A stretch of DNA of 64,000 bases. It comes from Terriglobia bacterium (GTDB taxonomy: Bacteria > Acidobacteriota > Terriglobia > Acidiferrales > UBA7541). A program made the position numbers and the translations under genes. The notes under the pieces were generated by a model, which was not told the DNA's origin, did no database searches, and saw nothing but the letters and a program-made list of their open reading frames with translations. The DNA is taken from assembly GCA_963695545.1 (NCBI GenBank), contig OY968796.1:2656001-2720000 (forward strand), given 5' to 3'. Below, piece by piece: positions 1 through 9,500 of this stretch (position 1 is its first letter; each line of letters begins with the position of its first letter).

Positions 1-698
1 CTGATCTCCTGGTACAACACCTCGACGATGACCAAGTGGTTTGACCCGAATGAAATGCGCTATGACCTCTATCAGGCGCCGCACCCATGGGGTCCGTGGA
101 AACCCGTGAGTTCCTTTAGCGATCGCTTCATGGGGCCCAAGTATCATATGTATGGCCCCAGTCTGTGCGCGCGTTTTCAACAGACGCAAGGCGCGGACGT
201 CGAGATTCGCTCTTCACATCGGGCTGCCCGTTCACGGATGTCCCGATCACGCCATATAAAATGTGGCACATTCCCGTGCTCTTGAGAACCGCGCCCCTGC
301 CGAAGTCTGTATTCATTCCAGCTTCGGACAAGCAGATCAGCTACCAGGGAGTTTGGTTTCCGTGGACGACGGTGGAGGATCTTGAAGATCCTGAAAATCC
401 CGCCACGCAAGACGCGCTGCCGCGAGCTTCGCAGACCGCCGAAAGCGCTGCCGAATTGTCGTTCGACGGCCCGGGCGTCGAGTACGTCGCGCAGAAATCC
501 GATGGACAGGGCGGCGTGGATATCTATCTGGATGGTGTGCGCCAGGAGACTGCGAACTTGAATCTCAATGACTTTCCGGTTTTTTTCAATGTCGTTATTT
601 TCGCGCAGCACGGGCTGCCTCAGGGAAAACACGTGATCAGGATCGCGAACGCAAGCGGCGCGCGGGTCAATCTCGAAGGCTTTCGCGTATACGCATAA
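1..698 (+). pseudogene. 3' part of a carbohydrate-active protein (DUF4185/beta-propeller-like segment plus C-terminal CBM-like beta-sandwich), interrupted by a 1-nt frameshift near 205-208; could be a sequencing error
   Basis: Frame 1 is open from base 1 (..YQAPHPWGPWKPV..GADVEI); the protein-like sequence continues in frame 3 (SLFTSGCPF..VDIYLDGV..VNLEGFRVYA*). One extra T at GAGATTCGC joins them as VEISLFTSGC. Confidence 0.6.
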
Positions 699-719
699 CC
701 GCATCGTCAGGAGAAGCCG

Positions 720-2252
720 ATGAATATGAATCGAAGAGAATTTCTGGCCTCGGCCGCGGCCCTCGCCGCGGTCCGCGCGCGTCTCGGCCGGCCGCAATCG
801 CCGGAGCCATCGCACGGATTTCCGGCGTCGGTCTTGCGAAACGATTCCTCCTACGTTGAGGACCCGCCCGTTGCCGGCTACCACTGGGCTTCGGCCAGCG
901 CTTACGAAGCGTTCCAGGACATGAAGTTCGGCATTCGCATTCATTGGGGCATTTATTCCATCTGGCATCGCGGAGCGGAGTCGTGGCCGTTCCTGCCGAT
1001 GTCGTTCGATGACCGGCAGACCTACAACAGCCTTTACAAAACCTGGAACCCCGCGGGCTTCGACGCAGATGCGTGGATGGATGCATTCAAGGAAAGCGGC
1101 ATGAAGATGTTTGCCTTCACCACCAAGCACCATGAAGGTTTTTCGATGTTCGACACGAAGACCAGGGTCAAGAACCGCGCAAACTGGACGGCACCAGGCG
1201 GTCCGGCGATCGAATCGTGCGATCTCTCCTACTCGATCATGGAAACTCCGTTTCGCCGCGATGTCGTGAAGGAACTCTGCGACGCGGCGCACAAACGCGA
1301 CATCAAGATCGATCTCTACTTTTCTCATCCGGATTGGTATGACGCAGACTTCCGCCCGTACGTGCAGCATCCGCTGCAGGTTCCGTCCTCGGCGCAGTTG
1401 CAAATCCCGAGTGATATCGCGAGAACGCGGCAAATTTACGACGATCATGCGGTGATCGTTGCCGATCCAACCGATGCGGAAGTGACGCGCATGATGGAGC
1501 GGCATCGCGCGCAGCTTGTGGAGTTGCTTACCAACTATGGAAAGATCGACATGATGTGCCTGGACATGTATCTCGGTCCGCGCGTCTGGCCGGAGATGCG
1601 CAAGACGGTGCTGAAACTTCGCGAGATACAACCCGACGTGATGCTGCGCAATCGGGGCATCGGCGATTACGGCGATTACTACACGCCAGAGCGCGTGGTT
1701 CCCGGCTCGAAAGGATCCTCGGACAAGCCGTGGTTTTGTATTTATCCGCTTGGCACGGATTTCTCATATGAAGCCGACGCCTCGAAATACAAAGGCACGC
1801 AGTGGATTATTCAGAATCTCGCGGACACCGTGGCCAAAGGAGGCGGCCTGATGATCGGAGTCGGCCCCAGCGCGTACGGAGAATTTCACCCTGAGCCGAT
1901 CCGGCAAATGAAGGGCGTTGGCGCGTGGCTGAAGGTCAACGGCGAAGCCATCTACGCGACTCGCCCGCGCGACGGCACGGATTGGTCCGAAGGCGATTCG
2001 ATTCGCTACTCCAGATCGAAAGATCGCCGGTTCGTTTACGCGATCCTCACTCAATGGCCGGGGACACAACTGAAGTTGAAGTCCGTGCAGCCCAAAAGCG
2101 GTTCTGAAGTGACGCTCCTGGGATCGAACGCCGCGCTCACGTGGAACTTCGACTCCGCTCTCGGAACGACGATTACGCTGCCCGAAAGTTTGCAGCAGCC
2201 TGCAAACCGGCCGTGCGAATACGCCTGGTGCTTTAAGATCGAGGCGATCTAG
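720..2252 (+). CDS. Tat-exported alpha-L-fucosidase, GH29
   Basis: NRREFL twin-arginine signal; KFGIRIHWGIYS, FTTKHHEGF, LYFSHPDW, ELLTNYGKID and GAWLKVNGEAIYATRP motifs; AGGAG upstream. Confidence 0.9.
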   Translation: MNMNRREFLASAAALAAVRARLGRPQSPEPSHGFPASVLRNDSSYVEDPPVAGYHWASASAYEAFQDMKFGIRIHWGIYSIWHRGAESWPFLPMSFDDRQTYNSLYKTWNPAGFDADAWMDAFKESGMKMFAFTTKHHEGFSMFDTKTRVKNRANWTAPGGPAIESCDLSYSIMETPFRRDVVKELCDAAHKRDIKIDLYFSHPDWYDADFRPYVQHPLQVPSSAQLQIPSDIARTRQIYDDHAVIVADPTDAEVTRMMERHRAQLVELLTNYGKIDMMCLDMYLGPRVWPEMRKTVLKLREIQPDVMLRNRGIGDYGDYYTPERVVPGSKGSSDKPWFCIYPLGTDFSYEADASKYKGTQWIIQNLADTVAKGGGLMIGVGPSAYGEFHPEPIRQMKGVGAWLKVNGEAIYATRPRDGTDWSEGDSIRYSRSKDRRFVYAILTQWPGTQLKLKSVQPKSGSEVTLLGSNAALTWNFDSALGTTITLPESLQQPANRPCEYAWCFKIEAI

Positions 2253-2257
2253 GCGTC

Positions 2258-3391
2258 TCATTTCTTAGGAAACGCTTTCCCCAGAGCCGCGAGCTGATCG
2301 AGGAACGGCTGGGTGATCGTTCCGTCGAGTTCGACCGGAACGTCCCACGTGACGGAGCCGCCGTAATCCCTGATCACTTTGGTGTAGGCCAAGACTTGAT
2401 CCGTGGTGAAGCGAGGCGTGCCGCGGCCCCAGGTTTCCCCGAGAAAACTGAGCATGTGAATTTGCGTGCCGTCCACGCGGCCGTTCACTTGCCGCGTCAC
2501 GCTGACCAAATCAACTTTATTGATTTCGCCGGCGGTGAAATCCTCCTCGGGGCTCACTGAGAGGATGCGATATACCACGCCGGGATTGAACGCCACGCTC
2601 GAATCGGGGTTGCCCGCGCGCGCCGCAGCCGCGAAGCTCGCGAAATTCGGCGCGTTGGCGCCGCGATACATCGAATTGGGAAAGTAGCAGCCGTCGAACC
2701 ACCAGCCGACAACTTTCGTGCCCCAGCGTTTTGACCAATCGGCGATGATCATCTCCCACTTGCGCTGGAAATTCTTGTTTGGATACGGGCCGTTCAGCCA
2801 TTCAAGTGCGGCTTTGGCGTCATTGTCTTGGTTGGGCGCGCCGGAAGGGAGATAGACCATCAGCTTGATGTCGCGCCGGCGCAGCGGCTCGTAGAAATCC
2901 GCGATCAGATCCCGGCGCGAGCATTTGCTCGCCTCGATTCCGGTAATCTTGTCGTACACCGAATTCGGAGAAGCGTAGTAACCCGAGTTTTGGCCGATGC
3001 TGATCTGATAGTGGCCCGCGCCGACGGAATCAAGCCGCTTGGCCATGGCCTCGACGTCGAATCCATCCACGAGTCTGTTCCACACGTCGACGTTCATATC
3101 TAGGTTGTGGATTTTCGCCTGCCAGCCGGCGAGATAGTGCGTCATCACGCCCCAGCAGTAGCGCGGATCCTGCATCCACGCGGCGCGGCTTGATCCGGGA
3201 TAGAGCGCTTGCGGCGGCGGACCGACGTCAAGCGGCGGGGAGGAAACGGGATCGGCGGGTTTCGCGTCGGTTGGAGGCGACGTCTGCGAGCTGCCCGCGG
3301 AGGGAAATGCACGCAGGGGAAGAGCGCTCGCGGCCACAGCAGCGCTCGTACCGATCATCCAATCGCGGCGCGATATTTTCCTGAGGCCCAT
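2258..3391 (-). CDS. Tat-exported glycoside hydrolase, GH29/fucosidase-like TIM barrel
   Basis: SRRDWM Tat signal; RRDLIADF, IKLMVYLPS, RWGTKVVGWWFDG and AFNPG motifs; GGAG RBS upstream. Confidence 0.65.
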   Translation of the reverse strand: MGLRKISRRDWMIGTSAAVAASALPLRAFPSAGSSQTSPPTDAKPADPVSSPPLDVGPPPQALYPGSSRAAWMQDPRYCWGVMTHYLAGWQAKIHNLDMNVDVWNRLVDGFDVEAMAKRLDSVGAGHYQISIGQNSGYYASPNSVYDKITGIEASKCSRRDLIADFYEPLRRRDIKLMVYLPSGAPNQDNDAKAALEWLNGPYPNKNFQRKWEMIIADWSKRWGTKVVGWWFDGCYFPNSMYRGANAPNFASFAAAARAGNPDSSVAFNPGVVYRILSVSPEEDFTAGEINKVDLVSVTRQVNGRVDGTQIHMLSFLGETWGRGTPRFTTDQVLAYTKVIRDYGGSVTWDVPVELDGTITQPFLDQLAALGKAFPKK

Positions 3392-3640
3392 GGGTATTTG
3401 CTCCCATCTCGATCTGCACGAGAGACCCTTACTCGCGTGCCAGAGTCGGAAGACGTGCCGTCGCTATATAGAGACGCTGGGGGAGGCCGCGAACGTTTCG
3501 TATTTTCTGAAAGCTTCGTTTTGGAGTCTGAAACTTTCGATCTGCACCTTAAAAAGTTACGGGATTCGAGCGCGGACTTGTGATAAGCAGAGATGTTGCA
3601 AACTTCAGGGCCCTGCCCGGAACGGGACGGCGACGCGAGA

Positions 3641-6064
3641 ATGGACCGAGACCCCGGATCAATCGACAAATCGAAGAGAAGGAAAATTGTTCGAGTATCC
3701 TCATTGATCCTCGCTGCGGTCCTCGCCGCTCTCGCGATGTCGGGCGCGGGACTGAGCACGGCGCGCGCCTCGGAACTCGACGACGATTGGGCCGCAATCC
3801 AGAATTTCCTCGGTGGGCTGAAGGGCGTGGTCACCACGCCGCCCGAGGGAATTGTGAATCAGCGCTACAGCGCCGGCTTGCTTATGGGCAATGGCGATAT
3901 CGGCGTCGTCGCCGGCGATACGACTTCCGATCAGAAATTTTATTTCGGCAAGAACGATTTCTGGGGCACGGCGCCCGATAACACCCATCCCGAATACCGG
4001 CCGGGTGTGCTCTCTCTCGGCGGGCTCACGATCAGTTCGCCCACGCCGAGCCCCAATCCCGATGCCGTTTATCGCATGGAGCAGGACATCCTCCACGCGC
4101 AAGTGACCACCACGATGCAGCTGGGCAACACCGTGGTCACGATGCGCTCGTGGACCGCGGATACCGACAACGTGTTCATCACGGAATTTTCGAGCGCAGC
4201 CGGCAGCGCGGCCGTTCCGATCAACGTGCAGCTGTGGATTCCACCGAACAAAGTTTATCCCTATGCGAGCGGCGAATCGGATGGCGCTCTGTGGATCACG
4301 CGCACAAATAATTTCTCGGGCGCAAACGATTTCATCGCTCGCGCCGCCATTGCCGTGCGTTTGCTGGGCACGCAATTTTCATCTCCCACGACTGGCGACG
4401 GCACCGCCAGCGGCACTTTCACGCTCGCGCCCGGAGTGCCGGTTCGCCTGGTGGCCGTGTTTCGCAGCGACGCGCGCACCGGACCCGCCGGTCCGACGAC
4501 GGACGCTTTGAGGCAACAGGCGCTCGCAGCCGCGGCGAGATCGAACACACCTGCCGTCGATGCATTCTGGGCAGGGCACCTCGCGTTCTGGAAAAGCTAC
4601 TGGCTGCGCTCGTACGTTCGCGTTTACGACGACCTGCTCGAGAAGTATTACTACGGAGCGCTGTATGTGCTGGGCTCGTCGACGCGGCCACACAAATTTG
4701 TGCAGACTCCGATGTTTGGCCCGTGGGTGACGACCGATATGTCCAAGTGGGGCGCGCGGTATTTCGACAATTACAATGTGGAAGCGCCGTATTACGGAAT
4801 CTTTTCCGCGAATCGCCCGGATTGGATTTTGCCTTACACCAATTTCGTTTTCGCGGAAGAGCCGTTTCAGCAGAACTACACGGCGATTGCGGGTTACAAG
4901 GGCGTGGCGTACACGCGCAGTTTTCCGCCGTTCGATCAGTATGCTCCGCGACCCGCGCCGGTGTCGATCGCGGAGGGCAAGGACTACACCAGATTCGGCT
5001 CAAGCGCCGATCAGAAGTCCGACGGCACGTTCCTCACGATTCCGGCGATTTGGTATTGGGAGTACACGCGCGACGATGTCTATTTGAGGAAGCGTCTGTA
5101 TCCGCAGCTCAAGGCGCTGGATGCTTTTTGGCGCGATTTTATGGTTTGGGATGGCAAGCGCTACGTGATCGAGGGCAGTTCGGCGCACGAAGGGCTGCCG
5201 GTGGACACCAATCCCAATCTCGATCTCGGATTTTTCCGGAAAGTGGAGAAGACGCTGATTGAAGCGAGCGGCGTGCTGGGCGTCGATTCCAATATGGTGC
5301 CGGTGTGGCGCGACGTGCTCGCGAAGCTGAGCGCGTATCCCACCGAGACGTACAACGGCGTGGAAGTTTTCACCATCGCCGAAGTCGTGAACAACGACAG
5401 TCATCGAGTGTTTGAGCCGTCGGGACAGCCGATCGACATGGAAGGCGTGGTTTTCCCCGGCGAAGACCTGGCGGTCGGCGGCGATCCGAAACTTTTGAAG
5501 ATCGCGATGGACACGCTTACGCAGATGAATTCCTGGGGTTCGACGCCGGGCTCGAACAGCACCAACGGTTTCCAGAAGGAATTTCCGATCGCCGCGCGCG
5601 TTGGTTGGCCGGGCGACGATCTGCTGGTGAAACTTCGCGCGGCGATCCTTTATCACTGGCGCGAGAGCAACCTGACGGTGGCGCATCAATCCGGCGGCAT
5701 CGAAACGGCCGGCACGATGGAATGCATCGACTCGATGATGCTTCAGCACGAAAACGGCGTGCTGCGCATTTTCCCGGTGTGGCCGACCGACAAGGATGCG
5801 ATGTTCAAGCGGCTGCTGGCGAAGGGCGCGTTCGAGGTCTCGAGCGAAATGAAAAATGGGGCGATTCCTTACGTCGACATCACGAGCGAGAAGGGCGGGG
5901 AATTGACGATGCAGAATCCGTGGCCCGACGCGAAGCCGACGATCGAGCGAATCGATCCCGCGACGCGCGCGAAGATCGCTCGCGTGAGTTACACGATGGA
6001 TGCCGGCAATTTGGTATTCACGACCAAGCCCGGCGAACGATATTTGATCACGCCGCAACATTAA
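3641..6064 (+). CDS. Secreted GH95-like (alpha/alpha)6 glycoside hydrolase
   Basis: Signal peptide; LLMGNGDIG, HLAFWKSYW, NYNVEAPYY, MMLQHENGVLRIFPVWP and FKRLLAKGAFEVS motifs. ORF opens at 3593; ATG 3641 preferred, start uncertain. Confidence 0.7.
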   Translation: MDRDPGSIDKSKRRKIVRVSSLILAAVLAALAMSGAGLSTARASELDDDWAAIQNFLGGLKGVVTTPPEGIVNQRYSAGLLMGNGDIGVVAGDTTSDQKFYFGKNDFWGTAPDNTHPEYRPGVLSLGGLTISSPTPSPNPDAVYRMEQDILHAQVTTTMQLGNTVVTMRSWTADTDNVFITEFSSAAGSAAVPINVQLWIPPNKVYPYASGESDGALWITRTNNFSGANDFIARAAIAVRLLGTQFSSPTTGDGTASGTFTLAPGVPVRLVAVFRSDARTGPAGPTTDALRQQALAAAARSNTPAVDAFWAGHLAFWKSYWLRSYVRVYDDLLEKYYYGALYVLGSSTRPHKFVQTPMFGPWVTTDMSKWGARYFDNYNVEAPYYGIFSANRPDWILPYTNFVFAEEPFQQNYTAIAGYKGVAYTRSFPPFDQYAPRPAPVSIAEGKDYTRFGSSADQKSDGTFLTIPAIWYWEYTRDDVYLRKRLYPQLKALDAFWRDFMVWDGKRYVIEGSSAHEGLPVDTNPNLDLGFFRKVEKTLIEASGVLGVDSNMVPVWRDVLAKLSAYPTETYNGVEVFTIAEVVNNDSHRVFEPSGQPIDMEGVVFPGEDLAVGGDPKLLKIAMDTLTQMNSWGSTPGSNSTNGFQKEFPIAARVGWPGDDLLVKLRAAILYHWRESNLTVAHQSGGIETAGTMECIDSMMLQHENGVLRIFPVWPTDKDAMFKRLLAKGAFEVSSEMKNGAIPYVDITSEKGGELTMQNPWPDAKPTIERIDPATRAKIARVSYTMDAGNLVFTTKPGERYLITPQH

Positions 6065-6134
6065 GAAGCACCAGTGCGAACTGCGGAACTCACGAAATGA
6101 GTTTCAAGATGTGCTTCGGTGGGCCGAGAGCCCC

Positions 6135-6465
6135 CACCCCCGGGTACCCAGTTCGTAAAAAACTGTAATCAAAGGACTTCCAGGAAAAGTGTGACGTAGC
6201 AGTGCGCAATTGCCTGAAACTAAGAGGCTTACAGGATTTGCTTTGCTCTTTGTTTTCAATAAGATGCGCACACTTTTGGAGGAGTGTGGATCGAGCTGAA
6301 AACAAAAGGTTTGCAGGGTCGATTTTGTATCGAAAACCGCGGACGGAATGCGGATCGCGCGGGGAAATTGCCCACGGATTCAGCGGCGAGGATGTGCGTC
6401 CTCGTGTCATGCGCAAGCATAGCACAGTGGTATAACGCGTGTCAATTACTTTCTGGTTATTCGAA
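6135..6465 (-). repeat. Dispersed intergenic element, copy A (promoter, four degenerate repeat units, CACCCCCGG end)
   Basis: Same architecture and motifs as 48867-49187; see findings. Confidence 0.7.
6416..6445 (-). promoter_or_regulatory. sigma70-type promoter TTGACA-18-TATGCT with extended -10 TG
   Basis: Plus strand TGTCAA at 6440-6445 and AGCATA at 6416-6421; equivalent motif in the second copy. Confidence 0.6.
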
Positions 6466-6509
6466 CAGGTCGGCCATGCGATCATGCGCCTGCGGCGGAC
6501 ACACTGATC

Positions 6510-6549
6510 AAAAACGCGAAGCGGCCCGAGCTTCCGGGCCGCTTCGCGT
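6510..6549 (-). terminator. Intrinsic terminator of the TonB receptor gene
   Basis: 15-bp stem ACGCGAAGCGGCCCG/CGGGCCGCTTCGCGT with an A-run at 6510-6514 (U tail on minus strand), about 20 nt past the stop codon. Confidence 0.85.
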
Positions 6550-6570
6550 GTTCGGGGTTGGGGTGAAAGG

Positions 6571-9500
6571 TTAGAACGCGAACTTCACGGCCATCTGCAA
6601 TTCGCGTGGCGTGCTGGCAATCGCCTGAATCGCAGCCGCGGTTCCGTAGCTGATTGTGCCGCTACTGAACGAGGGAGCGATGCTCGGCGCGCTGGTGCCG
6701 CCCGTGGACCCGGGAATGGCCCAGACCACATGGTTGAACACGTTGAAGGCCTCGAAGCGGAATTGCAGCGTCTTGGTGTCGCTCAGTCGGAAGTTCTTCA
6801 GCAGCGAGAAGTCCACGTCGTTGAAGTTCTGCGATCGCAAGCTGCCGATCTGCAAGGTGCCGAAGCCGTAGCCGGGTCCAACGGTCGGCGAGGCGGGACT
6901 GATATAGCACGCCGGGTTGAACCACTCTGTGAGCGTGCCTTTGGGAACAGCGCAGTTCGGCAAGAGATCCGGACGGCTGTAACCGGTGATGGATTCCGCG
7001 GAATTGGTCAGGTTCGCCGGATCGGTGCTGGTGGGCGCGTCGCCTGCGATCGAAGCCGGCACGCAACTTGTGGTTACCGGAGTCGTGGCGTCGGGCGCGC
7101 AAAGATTGCTGGCACCGCCCCAGGTTGGGTTGAACGCCTGACCCGAGCGAGCCAGGAAGGAGAAGTTGGTCTCCCAATTCCCGACGATCCAGGATAGCAG
7201 CCCGTGGTTCACCCACTTTTCTCCGCGGCCAAAGGGCAGGTCGTAGACCGCGCTCCAATTGAAGAGTTGCGGAATGTCGTAGGCGCAGGGTCCATACGAG
7301 AGAGATTGGTTGAAGAAATACTCGTAGGGCGCGCCTTCTCCGCCGTTCTCAGCATTGAACTGTCCGTTGGCATTGCCAAGGCACCTCGACCATGTATACG
7401 CGATGAGTGTTTCGAGTCCGTGCGAAAAGCGCTTCTGGTATTGGGCTTGAAGCGCGTTGTAGTTAGAGGAGCCGGTACTCTCGGCGTAGTTTAATGCCTG
7501 AGCGAACGGCATGTACTCCGTCTGGTTGATTTGCGCCTGGGTCAACGGCGTGGTCGGGCAGGTGAAGCCCTGATTCGCGTTGTTCTCGCAGAACGGGCCG
7601 CCTTGCGGGTAGTTGATCTTGCAGCACCAATCGAGCCGCGCGGTTTTGCTTCCGACGTAGGCCACCGAGAACATCGAGGAAGCGGTCAACTGGCGCTCGA
7701 TTTGGAGGTTCCATTGCTGCGAACGCGGGTCGCTATAGTTCGGAGCGTTGGTGTAGCCGCCGAACGTGGAACCCCACGGTGTGGGCGCGATGACGATCGG
7801 CAGGCTTCCGCTCAAACCCTGCAGATTGGAGGTGCTGTACCCGCCGTAAGGGCCGCAAGAGGCGGTGCTGTAACAAATCGGGTTGACCGTCGGCGAAGGT
7901 GCGGCATTTTGCTCGGCGGTGTTCAGCGTGTCGGAAACACCTCGCGTCCAGGGCCAGACGGAGCCCTGAAGCGTGTTTTCTGCGTACTGACTGCGGTAGC
8001 TGATCGTGTCGTAGTAGATGCCATAGCCGACGCGCAGAACGGTGTTGTGCGTGAACTGCCAGGCGAGCCCAAGCCGCGGGCCGACGTTGTCGCTAATGGC
8101 CTTCAGCGCCGGTTGATTGCTTCCGGAGAACGAAATGTTGTTGAGCGTGTTGTAGGTGACGCCGCCGACGGTGACATTGAATGCCGCGTTAGAGCTTGAG
8201 AGCCCACCGGGGACGCACGGTGGAGCGACGGTGGTCGTGCAACCGGTGGAATACGCAGCGGTGTCCGCGGATCCGATGACGAACTGCTTGGCCGGGTAGT
8301 TGTAGGCGTTGATGGTCTCGCCGTCGCTGACCAACAGATATACCGGCGGGACGTAGTCATAACGCAGACCGATATTCACCGTGAGTGTCGGCTTGATGTG
8401 CCAGTTGTCCTGGGCGAAAAAGCCGATAGGCTCCATGGCGACGTGAACTTCTTCCAGCTGTGGCACGTTCACCGTGAACGCGGAAGGAAGATCAAGAAGC
8501 ATCGAAGCCAGGCCGTTGCCCTCGGCGCCGGAGCACGCGAAGTTTCCGGAACTGTTCGTCGGGCAGGTGTCGCTGGCACTGGAACTGAACTGCTCGTAGA
8601 GGTTGGTCTCGAGGCGATTCTCGTAGAGATATTCGCCGCCGAACTTGAAATTGTGATTGCCGTGGATCCAGGTCACGGTGGCGTTGAAATCGTGTTCTGG
8701 ATTCGCGCGATGCTCCGGGCCCACGTTGCCGATCACCGTGGGATAGCCGCTGGCCGGGCTCAAATAAAATCCATCGGTGGAGGAGAGCCCTGAGAAACCG
8801 GCGGTCGATTCGGGACCGTCGCCGGCCGAGTTGGTCTGATTGACCACGACGGGGCGCGAGTTGATGCCTCCGCGGACGGACAGAATCAGGTTGGGCGTGA
8901 AGACGTGGTCCCAAGCGCCGCCGATGTTCCAAGTATGGTAAGGACTGGGCGCAAGGGAGGTGGTTCCGGCAACGATTGACGTCGTGGTGTCCCACATCAT
9001 GTAGGCCCTGCCCATGATGGTGTCGTGGTTCCCGAAGTGCTCGTCAATGCGGGCGTCCATGTTGCTGTTGAGGTCGGTCTTGGGACGCGAGTCCAGGCAA
9101 TTGTCCACGGCAGAGGCGTAATTGGGCGTGAAGGAGCAGTTCGCGAATTCCGGCGCGGTGTAGGCCTTGATCACGGATGCGAGCTTGGTGTCGATCAGAG
9201 CCGCGGGAATCACGTTGCACGGAAAGCCGGCCATCTGTACGCCATAGCCGGAAGTGCCGAACGTCGCGGCCGGGTTCACCAGCGGCTCGGGCGTGGTGCC
9301 GCCCGATGCGGTGCACTGAAAGGGAATCGCCGAACTCGGGGAACTCTCCGCGAATGGATTGTAAAGCTGATTCGGAGTTACGCCGGTTTTGGTGGAATTT
9401 ACGGAGCCGACAAGTTCCGGCGTAACCGTTCCGCTGAAGTCACCAGAAAGTTCCTGGGTGGTCGGATCGATCGTGAAACTGTTGGTGGGCTGCGAGAAAT

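Noticed and set aside
6151..6318. Repeat units as a CRISPR array
   Set aside because: Units are degenerate, one is inverted, spacing is irregular, and there are no cas genes in the window.
6446..6468. TATTCGAA motif beside the -35 box as a LexA box
   Set aside because: Neither copy fits GTTC-N7-GTTC or CGAAC-N4-GTTCG; kept only as an unexplained conserved motif.
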